Source of the DNA: Lama guanicoe | Taxonomy: Eukaryota | Direction of reading: 5' to 3' | DNA: 64,000 nt | Assembly (NCBI GenBank): GCA_013239625.1 | Contig: MU054391.1 | Location: 7,907,095-7,971,094, forward strand | Shown: positions 1-12,085 of the stretch, piece by piece | How the letters are laid out: each line of letters starts with the position of its first letter | Numbering within the stretch: position 1 is the first letter of the stretch | The notes under the pieces: model-generated | Seen by the model: only the letters and a program-made list of their open reading frames with translations | Database searches by the model: none | Told to the model about the DNA's origin: nothing | Position numbers and translations under genes: made by a program

Positions 1-139
1 TGCTGACTGGCCTGCAAGAGCATCCTGCCCAGAGGAATCCCACTGAAGCGGAGGACTGTTTGAAATCGCCCTGCCTTTCTCTTCTCCGGTGAGCACAGTC
101 AGAGCCGGGACAGCAGCACTGATTCTGTTCTCTGTGTCA

Positions 140-265
140 GTCGTTTCGAATATCCATCACAACGCTGCTTATGACATCTGTGAAGAAACGGAGGGTCGCC
201 ACGGTTAAGCAGCTTACCCAGGGCCACCTAGGTGTGAGCAGAGGACCTGGGGCACTAAAGCCAGT
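140..265 (-). mobile_element. MIR SINE fragment
   Basis: gtgaagaaacggagg...ggttaagcagcttacccagggccac resembles the reverse-strand MIR core (gatgaggaaactgagg...ggttaagtaacttgcccaaggtcac). Confidence 0.65.
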
Positions 266-1079
266 TGACTGCCGATGCTAGAGTCACTCGGCTGGTGGGT
301 GACAGAGTTGGGTGGGGATCGGGTCCTCCTGACCTCAAGGCCCTGTGTTTCACTCCCTGGACCTGCTTGCCATTTCCTTCCCGCTCCCCTCCCCAAGTCC
401 CCAGAGGAAAAGAGCCCCCAGATGTCATCTCCAGAGGGAGGCAAGAAGATGGTTGCTCTCCTCGGTCCCGCACTGAGGTTTTCACGGCTTCAATCCTCTG
501 GAATTTGTAGGTAGACATTACTGCTTTGTCCTTGACAGATGCAATGCACATTTCCTAGTCACACAGCGCGATGGAGACACTGAGGATGGGGAACTTCTCT
601 TCCTGGCTCCTCCAGCCTCCCTGGCCCCTCTCTGCCTGCCCTATTCCTCCCCAGAAGCACATCCACACCATGCCAGCGGCGCGGGGGGCTGCAGCAGTTG
701 CAGGGGCGTCTGGCTCCTCTGAGCTCCTTGCAGCCTGCGGGGAGCCCTGGGGAGCCCGTCAGGGTTTGAAGAAGACCTCAGAAGTCATTTGTTTAGCTTC
801 TCCCCCACCCCGTCTGGGGCGGGCAGGAAAGAGAGCCAGAGAAAGGATCTCGGAACCCCTTCAAGTGCATTTATAGACATGAATGGAAAGAGAAAATTAT
901 AGATCTATAAATCTAGCCAAATTTGGAAAAAATCCCAGGAAAATGAGCATTAACTGCTTACAAATTATTTAAATCTGATGAGAAGGAAGAAAAGGAGGGG
1001 GAGCAAGGCGGGGAGGAGGGAAATGACTACAGGAAACCAGCATTTACTAAACACGGAGGGAGGTCATGGTCTCGGGCCT

Positions 1080-1232
1080 CGCTGCTTGAAGTTCAGTCCG
1101 TGGACCTGGGAGCTCTGAGGAGCTGGCTAAAGTGGCAGAATTTCAGGTCCCACCCACACCTACCCAAGTCGAATCTATATTTTAATAAGATCCCTGGGCA
1201 ATTCCTAAGCACCATGACGTCTGAGATGTACG
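1080..1232. mobile_element. MER5A-like hAT-Charlie MITE
   Basis: gcagaatttcaggtcccacccacacctac...gaatctatattttaataagatccctggg resembles the MER5A core. Confidence 0.7.
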
Positions 1233-1239
1233 TGCCTCA

Positions 1240-1460
1240 CCCAGTGGTCGGTGCTCTGAGCCCAGCATGAGAGACAGGCTTCGTTTTTAGTTCAGATTCA
1301 CCATTAAATGATGTGTGGCGTTGGGCAGGTCACTTCCCGCTCTGGGCTTTGGTTCTCCACTGAAGCGTGTACTGGGGTAGATGATCTCTAAGCATCCATC
1401 CAGGCCTAGACATCTTGAGACGCAGTTGCCTCCTCCTGCAATAACTGTGAGTTATCAAAT
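1240..1460 (+). mobile_element. MIR SINE (degraded, possibly interrupted)
   Basis: tgtgtggcgttgggcaggtcacttcccgctctgggctttggttctccactg is a MIR core-like segment. Confidence 0.55.
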
Positions 1461-2029
1461 GTCTCACCACTTCACACGAGGGCGGCTGGAGTCTTGTCCA
1501 ACCCCCACGGCGTCCTGAAGAAGCCCCGGACCACTCAACGTGCACAGCTCACTCTGCATGCTGACTTCCAGACCCCAGCTTGCCCCACGAACCCCCCCGC
1601 TCCCCGAGTAGCTGTCGACCAAGGGTGCCTATCTTGGAGCTGGCTGCTTTCCAGAGAGTCTCCACTCTTCCAGGATGGCCTGGGTGCTGTGCTGAGCTGC
1701 CTGGCCCCTCACCTCTCCATTCTTTTCTACCAGATGGGAGGTCCTGACCACTACTGGGAGAATGTCTGTTGAGTGTGTTGCCAATGTGACTCCTCCTGCA
1801 TCCACTGGGAATTGAACCAGATGTTCTTGGAGACCCCCCCTAATTCTGAGGTAGAGAGATCTAAATGTTTTCCAGAATCAGGAGAGAGAGCAGGACATGG
1901 TATCTAAGAAACCAAGACCTTCAGGATATTAAAAAATACATACACGGTTGAGTCTTCTGTTTTTGTTTGTTTGTTTTTTTGTAAAACCATATGATGTGTT
2001 GTGCAGAACACTCTAGTTGTGGGGACTCA

Positions 2030-2250
2030 AAGGCAAGAAAGCAAGCATAAAGGTAGAAAAGGAGGAAAGAGGGAAGGAAGGAAGGCAGGAAGTGGGGATG
2101 GGGAAGGAGGGAAGTAGGGAGAAAGAGAAGCTTGTGGAGAGGAATATAAGGAAGCTGTGAATGAAAGATACAAAGAGGAGAAACAGGGAAGAGAAAAGAG
2201 AAAACAAAGAGGAAAAAAAGGGACAAGAGCAGAGAGAGAAGAAAGGAAAT
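2030..2250 (+). repeat. GA-rich low-complexity polypurine tract
   Basis: Strongly A/G-biased run with (GGAA)n-like units; explains the F/L/S-rich minus-strand ORFs 1921..2406 and 2013..2207. Confidence 0.85.
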
Positions 2251-2824
2251 CAGAGGGCCGGATGTGCCCCTAGAGGACGCGTTTCCAGGCGGCAGTCCTG
2301 CCGCCCCCCACGCACAGGCATCCGCCCGCCGTGACTTCCTCTGAGAAGGCGCTGCTGTAGCCGTGGGGCTGATCAGGCTGCCCTGGCTGGTTTTCAGCAC
2401 CGTCACTGTTTCTGAAGGATGCTGGAAGTGGAATAATTAGCACTTGTTCCCGTGCCAGTGCTGTACCAGGGAAACAGGCTGCTGGAATACACAGTTTGGC
2501 TGATGGATTGCTGACCTGGTGTACCGCCTGAGGGCTTGTCTGTGCATTTGAACTTCTCAGCAAAGGTGGAAGTGACATGGGAGGACGATGCTGGAAGTGG
2601 GCCCTCCAGGCAGACTTCCCACGGCTGTGAGGAGCCTGAAGAGACTAAGCAAAGCAGTGGAATGGTGAGGTGGAGACAGTTTTGAGAAGGAAGAAAGCAG
2701 AGCCCTGGGCATCGTTCCCTCGGAATCATCTTTATCAACTGTGTTAAAAATGATGAAATCAACCTCTTTGGAAATAAATGAATCCTGAGCTGTGGCATCA
2801 TATGACCCCAGAGACAAGTTCTAT

Positions 2825-2995
2825 TTCATCTTTGTATCTTGAGCCCGTCATTTACCTTTCAGAGGCTCAGTCTTCCTACCTGTACAATGGAGGTGGTACC
2901 TGTTGAATTTGTGAGAATGAGAGGATGAGAGGAGTTCTGGTTGCTTCCTGGCATGTGGCCTGGCATTCAGCAGGTGTTTGGCAAATGCTGGCTCC
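2825..2995 (+). mobile_element. MIR SINE
   Basis: ggctcagtcttcctacctgtacaatggagg...gtgagaatga...gcctggcattcagcaggtg follows the 3' half of MIR. Confidence 0.65.
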
Positions 2996-3650
2996 CAAGC
3001 CCTTCAAGCAACTGACTGCACTTCCTTCTTCATATTTCCATCCCATTATGGGCACCCAAACATAAGAATTGCTAGAAAAACGGTCATTTATTTAAATAGT
3101 GGAAGGAGATTCTATACGGCAAATATATTCAGAAGGAAACAGTGATACTCAGGAACCGAGGCGTCGCCATCATGTTCCCTCACCCACAAAGAGGCTGACG
3201 GGATCTCAGTACCGTGTACCAGCTCTGGTGCCAGCTTTGTCACTCGCCCTGGTACCCCAGGCAGTATCCCTGACAGCTTCTCAGCCACGTCCCCATCAAG
3301 CTGAACTCCAATCATTTGTCTCCTGAATGCCGCGTTTTCACTCTCTTCTGCCCAATTTTTGTTTCCTCTCTTGAAAGTTAGAAATGTATTTTTGTATTCG
3401 TCTATTTCCTGCCTTTTCTTAACCATTTCTCTGGGGAGATTCAGCTGTTCCTACCATCTGGCCCTAGTCTTAAGAAGTAGAGAGAGTGCTTTGTGATAAG
3501 AAATTTCATGTTTTATGTGCTCAGGTACGCAGGCAGGGATGGAGATCTGGAGAACAAAACTCTCCCCCATCATCCCGGGGTGTGAAGCTGCTGTTTCATA
3601 TGGGAGAGTTGTCTGAAGGGGGTTTCACACAACTGCACACATGGATGTGG

Positions 3651-3673
3651 ACACACACACACACACACACACA
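3651..3673. repeat. (AC)11 microsatellite
   Basis: Read directly. Confidence 0.95.
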
Positions 3674-3734
3674 GAATAGACAACAGACCAGGAGGGAGGG
3701 GCTCACACTCGGCCACCATCTTGCCACATGGCCT

Positions 3735-3900
3735 TAGAACCATCCCCTAACCCTACAATGCAGATCCTATTATTCCGATTTCACAGATGAGAACGCTGAG
3801 GCACAGCGTCGTGATGTTTTGCTCAGGATCGCATTTCTCTTATAAAACCCAGCCAGTATTCACATTCAGCCTTCTTGATCCCCAAACCAAGAGCTCCAAG
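3735..3900 (-). mobile_element. MIR SINE
   Basis: tattattccgatttcacagatgagaacgctgaggcacag is the MIR core in reverse. Confidence 0.75.
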
Positions 3901-4685
3901 TATGGATTCAAAAAGAGGATTGTTCACGTCTCTGTGTCTTTAACTCCATGTCTAGGCCATACTGCCAGCTCCTCTGGGTAGGAACGTAGCCACCGGAATA
4001 GAAAAGTCTGGCTTATCGATTCTGTTCAGGGACTTCGCTCCTGGGGGGGCCCCTCATCTCACCTTGCCTACACTGGGGGGGTTACCTTCGGACACCCTGA
4101 GAAACACTTACCCTCCCAGGCTCTTGGGAAATGTTTGTTCTCTTTCTGAGCACTTAGCTCCTTGCCCTCGCCCCTCTGTCCCCACTGCCCCTTCTTCATT
4201 AAACTGTTGTTTTAGCTGATTGCTCAGAGCCAGGTATAAGATTAAATACATTTGTACTCAAGGGTCAGTGAATAAAAGCCTCCAGACTTTCCCAGTTCGT
4301 ATTTTAAAAGGGGCAGAAGTAACCCCAATGGACGTTCTAATATGTTACGGGTCTTCAGATGATGTGGACAGCGCTATGAACAACCCAGGAGTGGCGGAGA
4401 GATGCTGAGTGACTGCTGCAGTGACCGGGTAGACGCCTAGCTTCAACGCATGCCCTCTGCCCCGCCATGTCTAAGCCGGAGTCTGTTTATTTAAAAGCTG
4501 CTTCTGGAGAGTCCTTAATTATAAAATGTGAATGTCTTTAACACTGGAAGAATCCCACTCAATATGTATTTTATCAAGAGCTCTAGATTTTTTTTTTTTC
4601 ATTCTTGAGGGGTTGGTGGAGGGTCCGAAAGCAATGCTGAGAGGCTGAACATGATGAACAGGAGGATTCAATTAGGAAGAAAGCC

Positions 4686-4850
4686 TCAGCATCCCCCGCT
4701 GGGACCGCGCTGCCTCGTTCCTGCGCCGGAGCCCATCTCTGGGATGTCTTCTGTGCGGAGCTCCCGCCCCCGCCCCCTCCCTTGAAATTTCACAGCTGGG
4801 ACACAGAGGGACTTTGAAGGGCGGAAAGACGAGAGGGAATTTTCCCTTCC
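4686..4850. promoter_or_regulatory. Small CpG-rich patch with tandem GC boxes (candidate promoter/enhancer)
   Basis: Local CpG enrichment; cccgcccccgccccc at 4763-4777 (Sp/KLF); kB-like near-palindrome gggaattttccc at 4835-4846. Confidence 0.35.
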
Positions 4851-5249
4851 TTCATGGTCATATTTAACAGCCAGTTCCAAAATGGTATTCATAAACATTT
4901 AAACTTCAAAAACCTAACTGACATGTCTACATCCTCCTATGTTTTTGTCTTTGTCATCACACAAATGATTTCTGTGGTATGCACGGGACTAAAGTGGGTT
5001 CATGTGTCCCTGGGTTCAGAAATGTGTATATTTGTTGAAGTGTCTACAGGTACCTGAGAAGTATTGGTGTAGTAATTTTTACTCTAGGGATAGAATTATA
5101 TCTAGTCGGTATTAGTCCCAAGATTGGAAACTCCAAGAGTAATAGTACATGGGGTGCAGAAAGTAAAAGCGCAAATATTCTTTTGGCAAAAGGGCTGAAT
5201 GACACGGGACAGCAGTACCACAGGTGCTGACTTACAACCTGTCCTTAGA

Positions 5250-5405
5250 ATCCCAGACATGCTCCAGGCTACCTGAGTCATTTTGAGCAAATAATTTAAA
5301 TCATTCTGCCTCAGTTTTCACTTCTGTAAAATGGGACAATAATGCTTTCTTCCAGGATGCCTTGAGATTTAAATGAAATGATATGTTTAGATGACTTGCA
5401 CATAG
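5250..5405 (+). mobile_element. MIR SINE, 5' part (3' remainder resumes at ~6365-6395 after an LTR insertion)
   Basis: tgcctcagttttcacttctgtaaaatgggacaataat...gagatttaaatga...gcacatag; tail-like cccaataaataatgg follows the LTR. Confidence 0.75.
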
Positions 5406-6364
5406 TGAAATAATAAGAAATGTGTATGTTGGTCTCTGCCCTGATTCCTGACACAGAGCATCTAAAACCCTTGTAAATAAGGGTATTAGGAGAATCTTTT
5501 GTTCTAACATGTAATCTTTGACCCCAGTTCCTGAAACAGAGATCCCAAGACCTTTGTCATTTCCTGAGTGATAGGAGAGTCTGACCCAGAGCTCCTACAT
5601 GTTTTGGACTTTCCTGGGGAAATAGGAATGTCTTTGTCCTAAAAAGGTGACTCTTGGTGAGCTCCTGTCTGGGGGATGGAGTAGTCACCAGAAAGACCAA
5701 GCCATGGTTAGAGACTTGGAACTTCCAGCCTCACCCCACATTTTCTGGAGAGGGGAGAGGGGTTTGAAATGGAGTTAAGACCTGAGCATGCCTCTGTGAT
5801 GAAGCCTCTAGCAAAATCCACCAGTGCAGAGCTTGGAGAGCTTGCAAAGTTTGCAGGTTGGTGACCAGCCCCACAAGCTGGGAGGGTGGTGCACCCCAGC
5901 CCTGCCAGAACAGACGCCCCTGTGCTCGGAATCCTTCCAGGCTTTGCCTTCAGTACCTCTTTCTCCAGCTGCTCATTTGTATCCTTCATCATATCCTTTA
6001 TTATGTAACAAACCAGTAAAAGTAAGTCAGTTTTTCCCTGAGTTCTGTGAGCTCTTCTAACAAATGATCAAATCCAAGGGGGGGGGGTGTAAGAACCTCC
6101 AGGTCGTAGCCAAGTCAGATGGAAATGGTGGACCTGAGGACCTCCTGTTTGAGGTTGATGCCTGAAGTGGGAGGCAGTCTCGCGGGACTGAACCCTTGAC
6201 CTCGGGGTCTCCACTGACTCCTGTGAGAGTCAGATTTGAACTGAATTGCAGGAAACCCTCTCAGAGAGTTGCTCGGTGTGGGGAAACAACCTGCACATCT
6301 GGTGTCTGGTTTTGTGTGTGCGAGTAAAAGAGAAACACATGGACAGCTTTTCTCTCTTGCATCA
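5406..6364 (+). mobile_element. MER21-like endogenous retrovirus solo LTR
   Basis: Starts TG and ends near CA; MER21-type segments gtcaccagaaagaccaagccatg, tttccctgagttctgtgagc, tgaagtgggaggcagtct..gggactgaaccctt, ggtgtggggaaacaacc.gcacatctggtgtc. Confidence 0.8.
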
Positions 6365-6965
6365 CAGACATTGCCCAATAAATAATGGTGCCCGTTAGTG
6401 ACTGGATGCTAGAATTCATGGCGCCAGGAAGAGGAAGAGGAAGAGGAGGAGCAAGTAGCTGGAGGGGAGAAGGGCCGATGAGTGACAGACGCTGAGGCAC
6501 ACAGGTGGTTAGTGTCCAGGCAATTAAGCATCCTCCAAGTTTTCCAGGAGGCATCGGCCTTAGGGTCTGACAGCTCAGGCTCAGGGGATGGCGTGGAAGG
6601 AGCAACCGGCAGTGAGGACCCCAGGGGCACCTGGGCTTTGGAGAGCCCCTGTCTGGAAGCAAGCCTGTTGAAAGGCTACGGGATGACAAGAGCCCAGGGC
6701 TGAGAAACGTCAGTCAGGTGGCTGGGCAGGTGCTGATCGTGTGACTCTGTCTGCTGCTTGTTGGCATCTGGTGCCAGACTCCCTCCTCAAAAGGGCTGTG
6801 TGGGTAATTCTACCCAAATGGAAGTGGGGGTCATGGTAACCTTGACTCCATGTGACAATGGGAGTTGGAGTCTGGGAAGACGTTTCAAGGAGTAACGTGG
6901 GGCCGTGTCTCTATTTCCTGGAGAAAATAAGAGTGCAAGAGCCACTCAGAGCCACTCCTAGTATA

Positions 6966-6985
6966 TGTGTGTGTGTGTGTGTGTG
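6966..6985. repeat. (TG)n microsatellite
   Basis: Read directly. Confidence 0.9.
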
Positions 6986-7094
6986 CACACCTTGACGGAT
7001 GAAGAGCCCTTTCAAGTGGTTCTATCCTGGTGAGGGGCTCGAGTTCAGGGACACAGAGTTGGGGGAAGGAGCAAGGGGACCCCGGGGCACTTCA

Positions 7095-7585
7095 TTTTCC
7101 TAAAACTGAGCTTTAATCATGTCATCATCTTGAAGAAAACCTTTCACTTGCTCCTGATCACCTTCAGGATAAAACCCCGCCTTCCTCTCCGAGTCCACGG
7201 TGGTAGGACTAGTTCTCGCCTCGTCTCACTTCCCAGGCCCTCCACATCCTGCCGCTTGCATTTCCTTCCAGTCTCCAGGTTCCCTTTGCCCCCCTGGCTG
7301 TGTACATTCTGTTCCCTCTGCCTAGAATAACCTTCCTGCTCCGGGAACAGGAATTCACCTTTTCAAAGCTGTGTGGTTTGTGCCGCTGAGCCTTGATGGA
7401 TGCACAGCCCTTCCAAGTGCAAACTTCTTATTTCCTCTGGTCCAACCTTAACGACTGTTTTCAGGTTGTTAGTTCATTAGACTGTGAACATCCCAGGATA
7501 GAGAGGTCAGCGTGTTTCACATCTGCCTGTCTTGAACCTCATACTGAGTCTGAAAAAAAAAGTCTTAAATAGATACATAATTGAA
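7095..7585 (+). mobile_element. L2 LINE 3' fragment
   Basis: gaaaacctttcacttgctcctgatcaccttcaggataaaaccc and ctgttccctctgcctagaataaccttcc are typical L2 3' motifs. Confidence 0.7.
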
Positions 7586-7609
7586 GAACTTGGTTTTCAG
7601 CCCATAGCC

Positions 7610-7790
7610 TAATGTTTTCTCAGTGTGATTATCAGACAACCTGCATCAGCATATCCTGGGGGAGCCTGTTAAAACTAGGAGGTTCTGAGCCTCACCCTGG
7701 ACCTACAGCATCTCTCAGGTGGGGTCCTGATATCTGCATTGCTAGCAAACTTCCCAGATAATTATAGTCATACTGATGTTGAGAATCAGT
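7610..7790. mobile_element. MER5A-like hAT-Charlie MITE
   Basis: ctgcatcagcatatcctgggggagcctgttaaaa...ggtggggtcctgatatctgcatt...gttgagaatcagt. Confidence 0.7.
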
Positions 7791-8309
7791 TACAGCAGAT
7801 AGAATCAGGGAAAAGTTGCAAGAGATAAACACTGACAAGAGCTGAGAGCCTGTTGGGTGAATGGGGAGAGAGCGGGCAGTCAGAACCATTTTATTATAGA
7901 GCTTTCTAATTAATAGTCATAATTGTCTGATCGTTATAATAATGACATCTCATCGTCAAGAAAATTTAAACTTGTACTCAGTCATTTTTCTCAAGAAGGA
8001 ACAGTAGTGTATCCATCACTTCAGAAATATTTCCACCCAAATTGGAAAAGCTCAGATTTAAAAACTAAGGAATAAATAAATGAATGCTTTGGAAAACAAC
8101 TCACATAAAACAGTTTATAGGTGAACTTCATAAGAAATGACAAATATATAACACGGCTACTGTGTTCATTCGGGCTGTTCATCTTTTGTCCTGGCCACAC
8201 TCAGCAGTTGGCATCACCAATGGAGCCAAACAGAGAAAGAGTCCAGGAGAACCAAGGAATCCACGGATAAGTGTGTTGAACTCACAGTAAACAGTGCAAC
8301 AGCATGACA

Positions 8310-8610
8310 ACAGGGCATTTGGAGGCTGGAAGACCTGGGCTCAAATCTCACACCCACCTCCTATTCACCTGGGGTCCTTGAGTATCTGTAACTTCCCCTC
8401 TATGCTGGCAGGTGATGTCCCAATTATGCAGTTGGTATGAGAATGTTGTGTGCAAGTGTTTAAATACCAGGCATTTTACATACATTATTACTAAAGAAAT
8501 TGTTGTTATTCCTTACATGGGGAACCTGAGATTTGAAAAGTGTAGGAACTTCCCCCACAGCAGCTTAGCTAGCATGTGTTGGAGTTCAACTTGGATTCCA
8601 CGTTGGCTGT
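8310..8610. mobile_element. Two adjacent MIR fragments in opposite orientation
   Basis: gaagacctgggctcaaatctca (plus) followed by ccttacatggggaacctgag...aacttcccccacag (minus). Confidence 0.55.
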
Positions 8611-9439
8611 GATCATGGATGTAACAATGCCGTGTGCCTGGTGGGACATCAGAGCCTTCGATTCCTTCCTTCCCTATGGCTCGCAGAATTCTCAAGGACA
8701 AAACAAGATGCATTGAGCATCTCGGATCTCCTCTGAATTGCGTTTTTGGCTTCACCACAGACGCATCCAGCATCTCTCCCCATTTCTCTCCATCTGGAAA
8801 TATTAAACGTCTGTCTCAGGGCACAGGTGACTGACCTGTTGGGAAGAACCAGCTGCTGAAAGACTGACCTGAAGGTGACCAGGATCAAAGTGTATGCAGG
8901 CTTTGTAGATCAAAGGCGTTGCCTCCCCCATGGAGCAACCCGGAGAGCCAGAGTCAGGGCAGTGGCCAGCCCAGGCTGCGGGAACATTGCATTCCCATCA
9001 GTTCATGCTGTAACGAGGCGGCCAAGTGCATCGGCAAAGGCTTCTGGGTGGTCTGAATGGGGCTCTCCAGTTGCTCCCATTGCTGAGCTCTGGGCATGCA
9101 GACGGGTTGTCAAGTCCAGCCCAGGAGGGAAAGCTCCCACCACTTAGATGGGGCAGTCGGCTCCCTGTCCTGTGTTCATGATGGCTGTGGGGACTTCTGT
9201 TGTCCTCAAGAACCTGTTTTAAATTAGCTGGTGGTTTCACAAGTTGGGCTTAAAGAAGAGATACTACCGCCCAGTGCTGGTTTGCTGGCCTCAGCAGAGA
9301 GCATGTCTTTTAAAAGTCTGTGTTGTCAGAACCGCTGGATAAGGACTGCCATTGATGCAGAAGAAATGACCATTAAAGCCCCAGTTACTGTGCGATTATT
9401 AAATACTGCTGCTGTACCTGTCACTCGGATGCTCACGAA

Positions 9440-9580
9440 CTCCTGCTGGTGGACAGGTTATTCCCATTTTATAGAGAGGAACACTGGGGCTCAGAAAGAT
9501 GAAATCACCTTTACAAGAACACATAGGTCAGAAGTGGAGGTCCCAGGGCTTAGATTTTTTGGGTTCCAAATCCACATTAA
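9440..9580 (-). mobile_element. MIR SINE
   Basis: ttattcccattttatagagaggaacactggggctcagaaag. Confidence 0.75.
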
Positions 9581-9589
9581 TTATCCAGT

Positions 9590-9960
9590 GCCATGATGCC
9601 GCCTTGATGCATAACAACCAGCCACAAAACCCCGGTGACAAACTAACATTTTAGTTTTTGCTCCTTAGTCTATGGACGAGGTGGAACGTTCTGCCGATTT
9701 GGACCAGACTCTGCTGGTTGGGGCTGGGCTCGATCCTGGGTCTTCAGTCAGCTGCTGGGTTGGCTGGGGCCGGCCTATTTTGGATGGTCTCAACTGGGAA
9801 GACCTCTGCCATGTGGCCTCTCAGCCTTCAGCAGGCCAGCCTGGCCTTGTTTTCTGGGTGTGGCAGGAGTCCGTGGGCAAGAACGCGGGCTCACAGGCCC
9901 GGGCACTGAGTTATCCTGTAGACACATCCAAGTCATCCTGGGGGCCAACACAAAGGAGAA
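9590..9960 (-). mobile_element. Old MaLR LTR (MLT1H-K-like)
   Basis: gcataacaaccagccacaaaac...cagtcagctgctgggttggctgggg...ccatgtggcctctc...cagcaggccagcctggcctt. Confidence 0.65.
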
Positions 9961-10539
9961 AATTGCATTTGTGTTTTTGTGTTGAATCTGTTTGGTAGAA
10001 TATTCAGGGGGAGAAAAATAGATTCTCTCTGGAGATATGAGGGACCCTAAAAATCATACTTGTAAATGTATTATTTGAACATGGAGAGACCGTGCTTTGG
10101 TCCATTAATGCAATCATTTTATCCCAAAGCTGCAATCTTTCCACTACAGCAGTGTGCCACGCATGTAGAATTTTGAGGATTTTCCATGCATTTCTCCTAT
10201 TTTTAGTAAATAAGCCAAAACTTCAATATTGCCTTCCCCTTGGTTTAAGTAATACATACTCTTACTTCAAAAGATGCATAATAAAATTCTCATCAAATTT
10301 ATTCTACTATAATTGACACCCAATGAAGAGTGGAAGACGATGATGTGGACACTTCTTTATGGTCGCTGTGCTTTGGGGATTGCAGACTGAGCCCTGGAAG
10401 CTCACAGAAACACTGTGGTGGTGACTAATTATTTTAAGATACATGCAATGTCCTGTTGGGTCCTTTGGAACGTTCCCCATCTTGTCCTGTCTTATGTCCA
10501 GTTCCATCCCTTAACAAGTCCACTCTCCTCCCCAGCTTC

Positions 10540-10830
10540 CTTCCTTTAGTCGTGGCTGATTTGTTTCCCCCCAATTTTGCCCCACGCTCCTTGCCTGCGT
10601 GTTTCTGCACACGCTGTTCCTTTTCTCTGGGGTGCCCTTCCTGTTCTCCTTCTTGGCTAACTCCTCCTCATCCTTCGTGCCTCAAGGGGACCCCTTCCTG
10701 AGCGTGGCACCTGGGTTAGCACCTGCACCACTGAATTTCCTTTGCTGGAACCTCTCTCCCTACTGTGAGTTCCTGGGGGACAACTTTCATCTCTCTATTT
10801 CCAGTGTCCAGCAAGTCACAGCAGGGGGGA
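10540..10830 (+). mobile_element. L2 LINE 3' fragment
   Basis: gctgttccttttctctgggg...ggctaactcctcctcatccttc...ctactgtgagttcctgggggaca...tccagtgtccagca. Confidence 0.65.
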
Positions 10831-10850
10831 GTAGTTATTGGTCAAAACTG

Positions 10851-11050
10851 CAGTTACTAAGTACTATACATAAAACAGATAAACAGCAAATATAGCACAG
10901 AGAACCCTAGTCAACATCTTGTACTAACCTACAATGAAAAAGAATATGAAAACGAACATACGTATGTACATGTATGACTGACACATGATGCCGTACACCA
11001 GAAATTGACACAACATTGTAAACTGACTGTACTTCAATACAAATTTTAAA
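10851..11050 (+). mobile_element. 5'-truncated L1 3'UTR (cetartiodactyl type)
   Basis: ataaaacagataaacagcaa..tatagcacagagaac...gaaaaagaatatgaaaa...tacaccagaaattgacacaacattgtaaactgactgtacttcaata; visibly homologous to the L1 end at ~29860-30050. Confidence 0.85.
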
Positions 11051-11639
11051 GAATAAATGAATACCTATATAAACCACCCACCTGTTTTGAATGATATTTA
11101 ATTCTTTGAGGAAACGACTTTCATAAATAAATAGTCTTTAATTTTGTAATTCCTCACAAAATGTTTGTGATTCAGATGTGACTTTCCTCAACTGTCCCTT
11201 CAGGCGGTGGGTTAAAGGGGCCTTTCTTGACAGTCACACATGTCGGGTTGGCTGAAAAGTCACGTGGGCTGATTGGAGGTGTCTACTTGAGGAAACACCG
11301 TGTGAGCCCCAGGTCCACAGGTTCGGTCAGAGCTCAATGAGACGTCCTTAGGAGCTGTTTCTAGAATTCTTCCCAGCCCAGACTTTATCCTGTTTGTTCC
11401 AATTCCTCAGTCTATCTGAAGACTGGGGGCATTAGCCTTCTACTCTGGAACACAGCCAACACCCCAAATAGGGCGTGTGGCTTAAAGCATGAGGGTGTGT
11501 GCAGGAATTTTAAGAAATAGTCCCATCTCAGGGGATGTTTACTGATGAATTAGGTGGAGTGAAGGATGTCAAGGATACAAGAAAGGAAACCAAATGAACA
11601 AATACTGAACTTACAAATATTTCATGTAGCTTTATAGCC

Positions 11640-12085
11640 ATCTATTACTATGTATGTGTGTACACATTTTATGTGTTTAACAGAAGTGTATATTTAAATT
11701 ATACATGTGTCTCTCTGCTTTGTATATGGACATGCATGCATATTTGTACATCTCTGTATATTCACAGGCATCAGAACATGTGCATAAATGTAGACTTATT
11801 GTATATTTGACAGATATATAAATATCATGCAATATACATGCATACTTCTGATTAACTTTCTACATAGAGTATTAGTATGCAAGTGTGTATGTGAATGTGT
11901 GTGTAAGGGTATAACACTATCACAGTCATTTGTGTGTGTGTATCTGTGTGGTGTAGCTATCTCTGATTATTCATATGAGGAAGTGTGCATAAATGTTTTT
12001 CTACATATGCAGATATATAGACACATACTTGCACGTAGCCATATCAAGTCCTAGATTTTAAATATATAATATGGATATTTTTATA
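11640..12085. repeat. Degenerate (TA/TG/CA)-rich low-complexity region
   Basis: Recurrent tatgtatgtgtgt, atatacatg, tgtgcataaatg motifs. Confidence 0.65.

Noticed and set aside
1921..2406. 161-aa hydrophobic ORF resembling a membrane protein
   Set aside because: It is the antisense reading of a GA-rich low-complexity tract.
137..2635. Apparent two-exon minus-strand coding end: a 120-bp exon 2635-2516 (GSSQPWEVCLEGPLP...KPSGGTP) spliced in phase to DVISSVVMDIRND* at ~177-137
   Set aside because: The terminal exon lies in MIR-derived sequence, the donor (CAG|GTCAGC) is mediocre, the peptide resembles nothing I recognise, and phase agreement is a 1-in-3 chance. It would need RNA-seq junctions to revive.
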